Assembly (NCBI GenBank): GCA_025453395.1
Contig: JALOQK010000002.1
Span: 241,102 to 305,101 of the forward strand
DNA from: Candidatus Omnitrophota bacterium
GTDB taxonomy: Bacteria; Omnitrophota; Gorgyraeia; Gygaellales; Profunditerraquicolaceae
DNA: 64,000 bases
Direction: 5' to 3'
Positions 46,799-56,653 of the stretch are shown piece after piece. Each line of letters opens with the position of its first letter. The stretch's first letter is position 1. The notes beneath the pieces are model-generated. The model saw only the letters and a program-made list of their open reading frames with translations. It did no database searches and was not told the DNA's origin. The position numbers and the translations under genes are program-made.

Positions 46799-47669
46799 TT
46801 CTCTTCACCCTATAGAAGCCAGAACATTGAATAATCTCAAAGTGCTCTTTGGCCTTTCTTTCGATATTATCCAACAATAGATTAAGCCCCAAAACATCCG
46901 AAGCAATATGCCCAGCGATAATCACGTTCATGTTTAAATCTCTTACTTTCTTAAAATGATCCTCGCCCAAATGCATGCAGACTAAAGTGCGCACGCCTTT
47001 TTTATATAATTCGGGATAAATATCCTTCGGCCCTTCAGTGCCGCCAGTCATCTCTATCATTATCTTGCCGGCTGGACGATTACGGTCTCCCAAAAGAATG
47101 CTGGGCCCGAGTTTTCTACCCGAAGCAATCCTGTATTCCGGGATGCGCATTAAAATGTCCATAATATCAGAAAGCTTTTGCTTTTTTTTGGCATTTAAAA
47201 GCTTATCCAAAAAGCTGAAGACATGATTGTCCGCCACAGTGTGCAAACAGATAAAAGGAATATCCAAGATTCTTGCGGTATCAACACAGCGGGTATGATT
47301 TGCCGGTGAAAGCCTGCGCTCTACCTCGTTCTGCCTTTCCTGCAAGAATTTTAATGCCACGCTATCTTTTATGCCTTTTTGGCGCAAGAGATCAACCTGG
47401 ACAGACATTACTTCAGCCAAATTTGCCAAGGCATAACCTTCGGGGTGATGCGACAGCACCAGGTCCAGACCGCTTTTTTTCCTTATCGCGTCCGCTAAAA
47501 TAATCTCCGCGGATTCAATATCAATGCCCACAAGAATTTTCTTTACATTAACAGAGCCTTTTGCGTATAAAATAGCGCTGTCCGGAAAAGATTTTACCTT
47601 CTCTTTTGGCCGAGGGTCGTTTAAAATGCCAAAGTTAATGGCTTCTTTGAATAAAACTTCTAATTTCAT
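46782..47669 (-). CDS. Nif3-like dinuclear metal centre protein (YqfO family)
   Basis: LVLSHHPE and C-terminal IIAGHIASD motifs parallel the Nif3 ITHHP and GHYATE motifs. Nif3 family genes commonly neighbour the dnaG-rpoD operon. Confidence 0.7.
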   Translation of the reverse strand: MKLEVLFKEAINFGILNDPRPKEKVKSFPDSAILYAKGSVNVKKILVGIDIESAEIILADAIRKKSGLDLVLSHHPEGYALANLAEVMSVQVDLLRQKGIKDSVALKFLQERQNEVERRLSPANHTRCVDTARILDIPFICLHTVADNHVFSFLDKLLNAKKKQKLSDIMDILMRIPEYRIASGRKLGPSILLGDRNRPAGKIMIEMTGGTEGPKDIYPELYKKGVRTLVCMHLGEDHFKKVRDLNMNVIIAGHIASDVLGLNLLLDNIERKAKEHFEIIQCSGFYRVKRNAAHR

Positions 47670-48244
47670 CGGCTGATTGCTTCTTGCGTTTGTTTTACCT
47701 GCGGATTAAGACGGTCCGTTGATGAGAACTTGGAAACTACACTGCCCCATATAGCGTTATAAATGCCCGGGGAGACTTTAAACAGGCTATAGCCAAAATA
47801 AGAGTTTTTTATGCTTTTGGGGAAATAAGAAACACTGCAGATTGCAAGGATATAGCATAATAAACTGGCGGTCAACACGGCTCTTAATATCCCTAATGCC
47901 AAGCCTCCCCATTTGTTCAATAAAGAAACCGCTTCTATCTTAACCATATTAAGGATGGAGATCCTTAAAAGAATAAATAACGAATATGCCGAAGCGACCA
48001 ATAATATAAAAATCAGAAAATCCATAAATTCAATAGGCGCAACCGTGATAGAAAATCTGCCGGTGATGAATTCCGAAATACGGCTGTAATAATGCAGAGC
48101 GACAAGAATAGCGAAAATACTTCCCAAGAGTTTAAATATTTCTATAGGGAATCCCGTCTTTAGCGCCACAAAACATATGCGCACTAAAATTAAAATTATT
48201 ACGATATCCAACCAGTTAAATTGCTTTAAAGTATTTAATATCAT
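47666..48244 (-). CDS. cvpA: CvpA family membrane protein
   Basis: Four TM helices with the CvpA-like N-terminus LDIVIILILVR... Confidence 0.7.
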   Translation of the reverse strand: MILNTLKQFNWLDIVIILILVRICFVALKTGFPIEIFKLLGSIFAILVALHYYSRISEFITGRFSITVAPIEFMDFLIFILLVASAYSLFILLRISILNMVKIEAVSLLNKWGGLALGILRAVLTASLLCYILAICSVSYFPKSIKNSYFGYSLFKVSPGIYNAIWGSVVSKFSSTDRLNPQVKQTQEAISR

Positions 48245-48308
48245 AGGGTTAGGTAAATTTAATTAAGCAAGTATGTTAAAGTATAGCACATACTGCTTTA
48301 AGTGTCAA

Positions 48309-48322
48309 GGAAAGCGCTTTCT
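48309..48322. promoter_or_regulatory. Palindrome-containing 14-mer ggaaagcgctttct (core GAAAGCGCTTTC), copy 2
   Basis: Reverse complement of the 14-mer at 30699..30712. It lies about 60 bp upstream of the cvpA start. Confidence 0.3.
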
Positions 48323-48333
48323 TTTTCCCAGGG

Positions 48334-49011
48334 CTATTCTAATTCAAAGGAAATAATAACATTAAAGGATAATTGCGGATAATCCAATTCTTTGGGGAAA
48401 GATGGAAAAGGCCCTGCCTCCCGCACGCTTTTGATAGCAATCTGGCCAAGATAAGCGCTTGCTGATGATTTTTCGCTGATCACATGCACATCATTTATTT
48501 GCCCATTGTTCGCCACAATAAAAGAAGTATAAACTTCTCCTGTTTCTGTGCGCACATAATTGTGATAGGCCGCGCGGCGTATTTTCTCCCTGACTAACTG
48601 GTAATAGTTTATATAAGAGGGGTTTTTTATTTTGTCCTGATCAAGCGGCGGCAAAGAAACCTTCATTTTGATACTGGATATTTCTGGCTTTATAAAGTTT
48701 GGCTTTATCATAGTGTCGGCTGCTTGCGGGATATCGCCAGCCTTAGAGCCATTGTTAAATTGTTTAAAGGCAGGCGCGGATTTAACGTTCATGCGTATTT
48801 TAGCATTAACATCATAAGGATCAACGCGTTTATCCAGCTGTTCCCTGGGAAGAGTTTTAGGTATGCCGGGGCTTTTTAGATAACGCAGTTCTACTTTTTG
48901 TTCTGCAGCAGCCTTAGAGAATAAATTCAGATGATACGAATTTAATAAGATTATCCCGTGAACAGCTGCGGATATGATGAATGTGGCAAAAAATACCTTT
49001 GGAGAGTTCAT
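48334..49011 (-). CDS. TonB C-terminal domain-like membrane-anchored protein
   Basis: N-terminal TM anchor. The C-terminal YTSFIVANNGQINDVHVISEKSSASAYLGQIAIKSVREAGPFPSFP matches the TonB-C fold pattern. It lacks a long Pro-rich spacer. Confidence 0.55.
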   Translation of the reverse strand: MNSPKVFFATFIISAAVHGIILLNSYHLNLFSKAAAEQKVELRYLKSPGIPKTLPREQLDKRVDPYDVNAKIRMNVKSAPAFKQFNNGSKAGDIPQAADTMIKPNFIKPEISSIKMKVSLPPLDQDKIKNPSYINYYQLVREKIRRAAYHNYVRTETGEVYTSFIVANNGQINDVHVISEKSSASAYLGQIAIKSVREAGPFPSFPKELDYPQLSFNVIISFELE

Positions 49012-49019
49012 TTATCTTT

Positions 49020-49520
49020 TTAAAACTCAAATCCCTTACGGGCTAAGCGGCCTTTATTAAAATAGTGCTTAACGCATTTGATGTAACTGACTAAGTCCGC
49101 TTTATTTATTATAGCCTGCGGAGCGTTCCTTCCGGTTAAAACCCATTCTGTATTATGGCGGGATGTTTTTATAATCCGCATCAAGTCTTCCTGTTTAATA
49201 AGGTTAAAATGCAAGGCGAGATTTATTTCATCCAGGATAATCAGGTCGTAGCTATTGTTTTCTAGAACTTCCCTTAGTCTCTTGAGGCCTTTGCGCGCGG
49301 ATAACTTATCTAATCTTCCAGGGGCACGCACAAAATCAGATCTTCCGCATTGTTCAACGGTTATCCCTGATAAAAAGGAAATGGCCTTTAATTCGCTTGT
49401 GGGATTTTTCTTAAGGAATTGAAGGATATATACCTTTAAACCGGCGCCGCTTGCGCGCAACGCTAACCCCAGGCTTGCGGTAGTTTTTCCTTTACCGCAT
49501 CCCGTATATACTTGGATCAT
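49020..49520 (-). CDS. cobO: Cob(I)yrinic acid a,c-diamide / corrinoid adenosyltransferase (CobO/BtuR/CobA family)
   Basis: P-loop TGCGKGKTTASLG and the acidic LILDEINLA motif. Confidence 0.85.
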   Translation of the reverse strand: MIQVYTGCGKGKTTASLGLALRASGAGLKVYILQFLKKNPTSELKAISFLSGITVEQCGRSDFVRAPGRLDKLSARKGLKRLREVLENNSYDLIILDEINLALHFNLIKQEDLMRIIKTSRHNTEWVLTGRNAPQAIINKADLVSYIKCVKHYFNKGRLARKGFEF

Positions 49521-49540
49521 ATTAGAAAAATAAAACAGGC

Positions 49541-51610
49541 TTATTTATAGGAAATAGTTACCGTGAATCTTTCTTCCGTTTTATTAATTCCCGTCGGGAA
49601 TACCGGAAATGGAATGGCATCTTTGATAACCTTTAAAGCATAAGGCACAAGGCTGTCCTCGCTTGAGCTTATAATATTAGGCTCAGCTAAAAGCTGGCCG
49701 TTAGAAGAAAGAAGAAAATTCACCACCACATTTCCATTCACTCCGACAGGAGAATTGCGCTTGGCAAATCCCTGAATGCGGTTAATCAGATTTTGATAAT
49801 ACGTCGCCTTCTCTGCTTCCTGGGCTGCCTGATTATCTAAAATCTGCTTTTTCTGCTCTTTAAGCTTAGCCTGTTTATCGCGTTCTTGCTGGCCGCTCAG
49901 TTCTTGAGTTTTTTTATCGCGCGCCTCTTGCATCTGCTTTAGGCGGGCTTCTTTTTTAGCCTGCAGCTGTTTAATTTTCAACGCCCGCGGGTCCTCTTTT
50001 ATATCCGCAGGTATTTTCTCAATAACAATGTTCCCGTTTTTCATGCTCGCTACCGCGCCTTGCTTGGGAGCAATTTCTTTGAATTCAGTAAACGATGATT
50101 CTCCGCTCATTATATGAGGGGTAAGAAGTATGATCAGATCCGAAGTAGTTGAATCATCCGATATTCTTCGGAAGAAATGCCCGATAAGCGGTATGTCGCC
50201 AAATAAAGGTATCTTTTTAACCGTTTTATCGCGGGAATCCTTGCGCAATCCCCCAATGACGATAGTTACGCCATCGCGGATCATAACTGTTGTTTCGGAT
50301 TCCGAAGTGCTGACAATGGGAACTTGGGTGATTGTCCCTTCAGAGGTGATATCTGTCCTAATTGCAGAGCTTATCTCCGGGCGTATTTTCATGGTAATAA
50401 AACCATCCCTGCTTATTGTGGGAGTTACAAAAAGTTTGATCCCCACATCCACAAAATTTACTGTTTGCGATATTGAGCTTGGGCTTCCAGAGGACTGCAC
50501 AGTCGTAGAAGTAATATAAGCGTCTTTTGTGCCAACCAGTATCTTTGCCTCTTGATTATTTAAAGCCATGATCCTGGGGCTGGAAAGGATCTTAACATCT
50601 CCGATGGTGCGGATAATATCCATGGTGGCTTTGTAGTCGCCTGGCTTAGTTACTGTAGATGCCGTGCCTACCAGAAGCGCCCCTGTAGTATTTATTGGAA
50701 GCGCTGCTTTAATGTCCATGTATTTCTGAAACCAGTAATCCCAATCAAAACCTACTTCCAATTTATCTGAAGGCTTTACTTCTATTATTTGAGCATCAAT
50801 CAATACCTGCTGGGTCTTTTCATCGAACGCGGCTATTACCTTGGCTATCTCATCAAGCTTTTGCACGGTATCGGTAACGGCAATCTTATTGGTCCTTTCG
50901 TCAATCTTCACCACGCCAAGCCCTTTTGTAAGGGAATCCTGTAATTTAGAGCTTATTTTTTCAGCCTGGGCGTAATTAAGGTTAAAAATGCGGGTTTCTA
51001 TCGGCACATCGGCATTCTTGACGAACTCCGCCATTTCTATTAATTTAATCGGGGTATCTATAATAACCAAGGTATTAGAAACATCATCCGCTATTACCTT
51101 GCCGATATTAGTTTTCATCTGGGTAAGCGCCCGTGAGATGTCAGCGGCCTTGGCATATTTAAGTTGTATGATTTTGGCTCTTTTCTTATCTTGAAAACGC
51201 TCACCGTATAACAACTCATAATCTCTTTGACTCATGACATTGACCATGTCTCCCCTTCTATCATAAGCCAAGTCATTTGAAACAAGCACAAACTCAAACG
51301 CCTCCCAGGCATCAACGTCTTTAATAAAAAGCGTGACTTTGCCGGATACGTTCTTGCCCACGATAACATTCAACCCTACTTTTCCAGAAAGCATTTTTAT
51401 CACATCAACTATATCCATGCCCTTAATATCCAGGGTGATTTTTCTGGGGTCAGCTGATGAACTGACAATCGGCGCGGTGCTGGCTTCCGGAACAGTTGTT
51501 TGAGAGAAAGCGTCCTGTTTTAATAAAATCAAAACACCTGTTAAAGTAAATAGTAAAAATGCCAGCAATTTTTTCATTGCTTTTATGTGTCTCCTTTCTA
51601 AGAGAATCAT
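49541..51610 (-). CDS. gspD: Secretin (GspD/PilQ) with a C-terminal TonB-C-like domain
   Basis: Signal peptide, N0/N1-type domains, and the secretin core (VPIVSTSESETTVMIRDGVTIVIGGL...IPLFGDIPLIGHFF). After a K/E/Q-rich linker, the last ~90 aa (NGNVVVNFLLSSNGQLLAEPNIISSSEDSLVPYALKVIKDAIPFPVFP) resemble a TonB C-terminal domain. Confidence 0.85.
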   Translation of the reverse strand: MILLERRHIKAMKKLLAFLLFTLTGVLILLKQDAFSQTTVPEASTAPIVSSSADPRKITLDIKGMDIVDVIKMLSGKVGLNVIVGKNVSGKVTLFIKDVDAWEAFEFVLVSNDLAYDRRGDMVNVMSQRDYELLYGERFQDKKRAKIIQLKYAKAADISRALTQMKTNIGKVIADDVSNTLVIIDTPIKLIEMAEFVKNADVPIETRIFNLNYAQAEKISSKLQDSLTKGLGVVKIDERTNKIAVTDTVQKLDEIAKVIAAFDEKTQQVLIDAQIIEVKPSDKLEVGFDWDYWFQKYMDIKAALPINTTGALLVGTASTVTKPGDYKATMDIIRTIGDVKILSSPRIMALNNQEAKILVGTKDAYITSTTVQSSGSPSSISQTVNFVDVGIKLFVTPTISRDGFITMKIRPEISSAIRTDITSEGTITQVPIVSTSESETTVMIRDGVTIVIGGLRKDSRDKTVKKIPLFGDIPLIGHFFRRISDDSTTSDLIILLTPHIMSGESSFTEFKEIAPKQGAVASMKNGNIVIEKIPADIKEDPRALKIKQLQAKKEARLKQMQEARDKKTQELSGQQERDKQAKLKEQKKQILDNQAAQEAEKATYYQNLINRIQGFAKRNSPVGVNGNVVVNFLLSSNGQLLAEPNIISSSEDSLVPYALKVIKDAIPFPVFPTGINKTEERFTVTISYK

Positions 51611-52179
51611 ATGGATAACTCCATTTTCTGCCCCTTATAATCAATGATAATTTTACCGTCGTGGATTTCTTCTACAGTCATGTCGCCAAAAGATTGGCCC
51701 ACAGTCAAATAATAAGTGCGTTGATTTTTTTTGTCTTCAATAACCGCTTGCGGAGTAGGTTCAAGCATGATACCTACAAGGTTTATATTTTTGAAAAGTT
51801 CTCCCGCTATATCAGCGGCAACCGGGTCAATTGTCCCGGATCCTGCGCTCTGGGAAATAAAAAGCTTCTTACTTTTAAAAATCTGTTCAAAACCTTCATA
51901 GTTTGATAAAACATCTTTACTTTCCTCTAAAAGCTTGCTTGTGAAAGCGGCGTCTGATTCCGGCAGCTTAATTTTCTTAAGCCCATAATAGGGATAAAGC
52001 AAGGCAGAAATAAAATAAATAGCTTCCAGAATGAAAATAATGGAAATTATATTCTTTAACCGTTCAAAATTAATAAAATCATTGAGAATATAAGAGATGG
52101 GGAATTTTAATGGGTTTTTTTTCCCTGTAGGATTGACTGCGGGTGAAGAGCTATTTGCCGCTTTTGAAAGTTCTGCCAT
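51607..52179 (-). CDS. GspC/PilP-like secretin-associated inner-membrane protein
   Basis: N-terminal TM helix. A C-terminal beta-rich segment (TYYLTVGQSFGDMTVEEIHDGKIIIDYKGQKMEL) fits the PilP/GspC HR-domain pattern. Its position is immediately upstream of the secretin gene. Confidence 0.45.
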   Translation of the reverse strand: MAELSKAANSSSPAVNPTGKKNPLKFPISYILNDFINFERLKNIISIIFILEAIYFISALLYPYYGLKKIKLPESDAAFTSKLLEESKDVLSNYEGFEQIFKSKKLFISQSAGSGTIDPVAADIAGELFKNINLVGIMLEPTPQAVIEDKKNQRTYYLTVGQSFGDMTVEEIHDGKIIIDYKGQKMELSI

Positions 52180-52236
52180 ATTTATAATTATTTAATACCT
52201 CTTAACCCTGTTTGTCAAGTTTATTTTGTAATGCCT

Positions 52237-52764
52237 TTACTCTACAGAAATCTGGCTTAATGAAAAATTAGCTTCTAATTCACCGGAATTAACTTTTTGG
52301 ATAATCTGCAGTCTTCTAACCTCAAAATATAAAAGGGAGTTTTCTAACCCGTAAATAAACTTAGTTTGAGACACAATATCGCCTGAAGTCTTTAAATCCA
52401 CAATATTTTCCTTATAGATAGTTGAACGCTTGGTCTGGCGCGGACGAAGGTCAATGATCTTTACCCCTGATGCTTTAGCGTCTCTTTCTATGGTAGTAAG
52501 CGCCAGAAGCATGCTGTCTGTGGCCTGGCCGCGGGTATTTAACCCGGGCAACAATTTAGAATATTTCTTTTGGATCCCGGATTTTTTATCCACCAAGTGC
52601 ATATATTTAAGGATTCTGCTGCGAGAAACGCTTATTTCCTTGCTATAAGTATCATTTGTCTTAAGCAAAGGGGCAACTATGTAATTAAACGCCATAGCCA
52701 AAATAATCACAAGCGCCGCTATAATAAAAAACGATTTCTCTCTCTGGGATATGATTTTTATCAT
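52237..52764 (-). CDS. GspM/PilO-like bitopic assembly protein
   Basis: N-terminal TM helix plus a periplasmic domain. It sits between the GspL-like and GspC-like genes. Confidence 0.45.
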   Translation of the reverse strand: MIKIISQREKSFFIIAALVIILAMAFNYIVAPLLKTNDTYSKEISVSRSRILKYMHLVDKKSGIQKKYSKLLPGLNTRGQATDSMLLALTTIERDAKASGVKIIDLRPRQTKRSTIYKENIVDLKTSGDIVSQTKFIYGLENSLLYFEVRRLQIIQKVNSGELEANFSLSQISVE

Positions 52765-52767
52765 ATT

Positions 52768-54222
52768 CTAATTTAACTGGCAGATTATTTCAAATTCAAC
52801 TATCTCGGTACCTTTACTTTTCTTTTTTGTGACATAACGCAGCTTTGCCGGGATCTTTTTAAAGCCGCTAGCGTTTTGTAGTTTTGACATGAAAGAAAAA
52901 ACATTTTCCAGGGAATCAGTTTGCGCGCGCATAAGTATCTGTTTCTCTGCTTCATAATCAAAAGAAAGAAGCGATATATTGTCCGGGGCTACTTTATATA
53001 ACTCATACATCTTATCAAAAAGAGCCACTCTTTGCGAATGCCTTTTTTCAAAGAAATCAAACCTCTTCTCTATTTCTTCCAGCTGCTTGGCCTCTGATGA
53101 CATATATACAAGTTCGTCTTTTAATTTCCCCAAATAAAGCTTTTTATTATCAATGTGTTTTAATACTCCTACTACCAATAAAGCGCAGGCGCCTATAAAG
53201 ATAGCCAGTAACTTCATGCGCTCACGCCAAAGATAGGCTTTTCTTAAGCGTTCCTTATAATCTTCAGCCAAAAGGTTTAGCGAATCATTAAGTTTAACTA
53301 AACCAAATCCAATAAGGTTAGTATAAAGATCTTTATCCTGCTCTATCTTTTCCGCCACGTTCTTAATCACCGGCCAATTCATGTCTATGGGGCAGACTTC
53401 TACCGGCACTTCTACTTCTTCTGAAGTGGCTTCTATGGCTGAAGCGGGAATTTCCTCTTTGGATATAAAGATTATCTTCTTGGGTTTTTGCTGGGATATT
53501 TCCTTTAAATACGCGTCGCGGGTCTTGCGCACCTCTTCGGCTAAAACATTTTCCCATTGTGGAGAGTTTCGGTTAACCTTAAAATAGCGGCTATAGAGAA
53601 GTTTTTGGTTGTTTACTACCGCCACCTCCACTGCCTTGGGGTTAAAATTCACCAAAAGAAGAGTGTCTTTGTCTTGCGGCTTTACATAGGAATAAAAATT
53701 GCTTAAACCATAGGAGCCTAAAACAATATTAAACCTGCGCGGCCTTAACTCTTCCACTATTTTAAGATGTTTCTCTATGACGTTGCGCAAGACAATGATC
53801 AGGTTAACATGAGAATAGCCGTCTTTATCAACATTGACGATTTCATAACCGCTTATTAATTCTTCCGGAGGATACGGCAGGTATCTGGAAACCTGAAAAG
53901 ACAATATTCTTTCGATTTCCGGGACAAAACGCGTGGGGATCTTTAAATAGCGGCAGGTTACAAGATTTCTGGGCACAGAAACTATGATGTAATTATTTTT
54001 ATACCCAAGCTGCCGGAAGATATCGTGGATCTTAGTAGCAGATCCGGCCTGTTCAGCGGCAAGAGAATAGGTTTTTAAATCAACGAAATATTTGCTTCTT
54101 TTATCAACAGCGCAATGAGCAATACTTAAGATTTCATCTGTTATCTGGAAGATAAAAGCAGAATCTTTAGTTTTATATTTAATGCTCGCTGATTTCGGGA
54201 TAAGGTTATCTCTATTGTTCAT
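52768..54222 (-). CDS. GspL-like protein: a cytoplasmic actin-like (PilM-type) domain fused to TM and PilN-like periplasmic parts
   Basis: At 484 aa it is about the length of PilM plus PilN. There is a single internal TM helix (LKLLAIFIGACALLVVGVL) about 140 aa from the C-terminus. It sits between gspK and gspM-like. Confidence 0.55.
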   Translation of the reverse strand: MNNRDNLIPKSASIKYKTKDSAFIFQITDEILSIAHCAVDKRSKYFVDLKTYSLAAEQAGSATKIHDIFRQLGYKNNYIIVSVPRNLVTCRYLKIPTRFVPEIERILSFQVSRYLPYPPEELISGYEIVNVDKDGYSHVNLIIVLRNVIEKHLKIVEELRPRRFNIVLGSYGLSNFYSYVKPQDKDTLLLVNFNPKAVEVAVVNNQKLLYSRYFKVNRNSPQWENVLAEEVRKTRDAYLKEISQQKPKKIIFISKEEIPASAIEATSEEVEVPVEVCPIDMNWPVIKNVAEKIEQDKDLYTNLIGFGLVKLNDSLNLLAEDYKERLRKAYLWRERMKLLAIFIGACALLVVGVLKHIDNKKLYLGKLKDELVYMSSEAKQLEEIEKRFDFFEKRHSQRVALFDKMYELYKVAPDNISLLSFDYEAEKQILMRAQTDSLENVFSFMSKLQNASGFKKIPAKLRYVTKKKSKGTEIVEFEIICQLN

Positions 54223-55231
54223 ACCAGGATATAATTTTACTTTCTTCTATTTTATCATGATTTCTGTAATAAATACAATTAATTTTTCGTTTTAAGTTTT
54301 TATTTTCTAAAACTGCTTCAGAAGAAATCTTGAAATAGTCTGAACTGGCGCTCATTTTATTGCCTAGCGCAGCAAGCACTGTTTGATATTTGATATCTAG
54401 ACTAAGAAATGTCGGCGAAAGAACTTTTGTATTTTCAAAGTGCCCGATTTCGTTACGCTTGCTAAGTATGGCATTGGTTATTTCTCCTGTTGCCTCATCA
54501 GATAAGCTTGCGGCTTTAACACAACTTAGGACTAGTATTCTTAAAACATCTTCCCCAACAGTATTAATATTAATTTTATCTCCTGAACAAACAAAATAAT
54601 CCTGCAGAATAGCGTAAGCCTTAAAACCTTCTTCCAGATAGGTTTCCTGATTTATATTTTTAAAATAGTATTGCAGAGGATAAACTAACTCCTCTATTAC
54701 TGTTAAAGATGCTTTTTTAAACCCAGCGTATTTATCCGCTTTTAAATCTTCATCACTAGCCTGATTATCCTTCTTTCTTTGTATGCAGATATCCTCAACT
54801 AAGGCATCAGGATCAGTAATCCCGTCAATTTTCTCCGTAACGATTGATTTTATTATTTCCCTGTCAACGGTGTTTATATTGAAACGCCTTTCTTCATCTT
54901 CTATGTGCACGCTAAAAGAATACGGATCATCATCGCGTATTCTTATATTACTGAAAATATCCGAATTGGTCTTGGCATCTATCCCCGTAGACCAGGTTTC
55001 ATCAAGGCCGTCGTAGTTTTTCGCATCGTAATCTTTTAACCACTTTACCGCCTTATTTACTCCTGCCTGCGCCATTAAGTATGCCTTCAGCCTTTGATAA
55101 TAGGTCTGTGAAGCCTTTAGATTAAAATAAGCTCTTCTGCCTAAAGTCAAAGAAAAAACAACCAAGATAAAAAGTAGCCAAAGGCTGAAGATAAGTATAG
55201 AACCGGTATTTCTTTTATTTTTCATTAACAT
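54212..55231 (-). CDS. GspK-like minor pseudopilin
   Basis: N-terminal hydrophobic segment ILIFSLWLLFILVVF without Glu5, and about 330 aa as for GspK. Confidence 0.6.
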   Translation of the reverse strand: MLMKNKRNTGSILIFSLWLLFILVVFSLTLGRRAYFNLKASQTYYQRLKAYLMAQAGVNKAVKWLKDYDAKNYDGLDETWSTGIDAKTNSDIFSNIRIRDDDPYSFSVHIEDEERRFNINTVDREIIKSIVTEKIDGITDPDALVEDICIQRKKDNQASDEDLKADKYAGFKKASLTVIEELVYPLQYYFKNINQETYLEEGFKAYAILQDYFVCSGDKININTVGEDVLRILVLSCVKAASLSDEATGEITNAILSKRNEIGHFENTKVLSPTFLSLDIKYQTVLAALGNKMSASSDYFKISSEAVLENKNLKRKINCIYYRNHDKIEESKIISWYEQ

Positions 55232-55856
55232 CGCAAAATAAAGGGATGACTTTTGTGAATGCTACAGTATCTGTATTTTTAGCTTTATCCAAGGAGATAA
55301 AAATCTTGACCCTTAGTGCCAAAGGTAACCTGGCTTTTTGTTGCAGGGAAATATCCTGGGGTGCTTCCACCGGCCAAACCTCTTGCCACACATAAGCCGA
55401 GCTTGCTTTAGGGTCGTCACTCTTCCTGGCATACTCAAAAGAAAGATCCTTAACCTGGCTTGAGAAACTACTTTGCGCATTTTCTTTAGTTAAGATCTGC
55501 CGGGTTAAAGCGTTATTATTAAAAGCATACTCTATTTGAGCAGCTTCCCGGTATAAGGTTGAATTCTTATAGGCGTTTGTTATTGTGTAAAAATCAAGCT
55601 TATTGCTTGAGCCGATAAAACCAGAATCCCCTGTTTTATAAATAAAAGCATTTCTTAAGTCTCTCTGTATCTGGCTAAAAACTAACCTTTGGGTATTGTA
55701 TATTTCTGAAGAGTCTTCTATTTTCTGATAATTACGGATTGCTGAATAGAATAATGAATATAGGCCCACCGCTAAGATCGCAAAAATAGCACTTGCCAAT
55801 AAAACTTCTACTAAGGTAAAAGCCTTTTTATTATTTAACATAAGAAAAGAAATCAA
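55215..55856 (-). CDS. GspJ-like minor pseudopilin (prepilin-type N-terminus)
   Basis: N-terminal KKAFTLVEVLLASAIFAIL. The alternative start ATG at 55841 gives MLNNKKAFTLVEV. Confidence 0.6.
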   Translation of the reverse strand: MISFLMLNNKKAFTLVEVLLASAIFAILAVGLYSLFYSAIRNYQKIEDSSEIYNTQRLVFSQIQRDLRNAFIYKTGDSGFIGSSNKLDFYTITNAYKNSTLYREAAQIEYAFNNNALTRQILTKENAQSSFSSQVKDLSFEYARKSDDPKASSAYVWQEVWPVEAPQDISLQQKARLPLALRVKIFISLDKAKNTDTVAFTKVIPLFCDVNEK

Positions 55857-56199
55857 GGTTTAAACTATTAGTTGATTTTCTAGTTTGCCAGTTTACAGTT
55901 AAGAAAAGCTCATTTAAATCTAAGGCCTGCGGGTCTTTTTCTAAAACATACTGCCACTTAAAAACCCGGTTCTGCATATCTTCCTGGCCTTCTGCCGTAG
56001 TTACTGAAGGGTTGCGGGAAGCCTCCCAAAATTTTTCTTCAGCTAAGTAACAGGCAAGAAGTATATCCTGGGATTTACTGGTAGCCGCGATAATCACAGA
56101 AAATCCTTTGTAAATAAAAACTACCGCTACCGAGATTATCGCGATAGTAATCAATACTTCCAGAAGCGTAAAGGCTTTATTCTTCCTTGGAAATCTCAC
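55831..56199 (-). CDS. GspI-like minor pseudopilin
   Basis: N-terminal KNKAFTLLEVLITIAIISVAVVF. Confidence 0.6.
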   Translation of the reverse strand: MRFPRKNKAFTLLEVLITIAIISVAVVFIYKGFSVIIAATSKSQDILLACYLAEEKFWEASRNPSVTTAEGQEDMQNRVFKWQYVLEKDPQALDLNELFLTVNWQTRKSTNSLNLDFFSYVK

Positions 56200-56653
56200 T
56201 TTTTAATCCTTTTATTTCAAGGTTAAGAGTCTCTCCTGCGGGATTCTTAAAAGAAATCTTTATTTCCGCGGCGCTTCCGTCAGGATAAAAATATGCCGCG
56301 CTTTCTTCATCGGGCTGGAAAGATACTTCAACAAATCGAGGGACTTTTTGCAGTCCAGAGAGCCGTCCGGCAATAGGATTGGATTCCTGGGTTTGGGGAT
56401 CAATATAAAGCGGCACGAAATAGCGCTCTTGGGCGTTATATTCCAAACAATATACCTTTTGCTCCGAGCCGGATAAATCCCGCAAATACATGCTCAGATA
56501 ATAAATATCCCTGACAAAACTTTCTAATTCAATTTTCTGCTGTATGTGTTTTATTTTCGGAAATGACAGGGCGATAAAAACGCCCAATACAACCGTGATT
56601 ATGATTAATTCTATGAACGTGAAAGCCCTATCTTTAATTGTTGCAGATGTCAT
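56177..56653 (-). CDS. GspH-like minor pseudopilin
   Basis: DRAFTFIELIIITVVLGVF. The start is set at ATG 56653 (MTSATIKDRAF...); the ORF-track start 56710 would overlap gspG by 77 nt. Confidence 0.55.
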   Translation of the reverse strand: MTSATIKDRAFTFIELIIITVVLGVFIALSFPKIKHIQQKIELESFVRDIYYLSMYLRDLSGSEQKVYCLEYNAQERYFVPLYIDPQTQESNPIAGRLSGLQKVPRFVEVSFQPDEESAAYFYPDGSAAEIKISFKNPAGETLNLEIKGLKSEISKEE

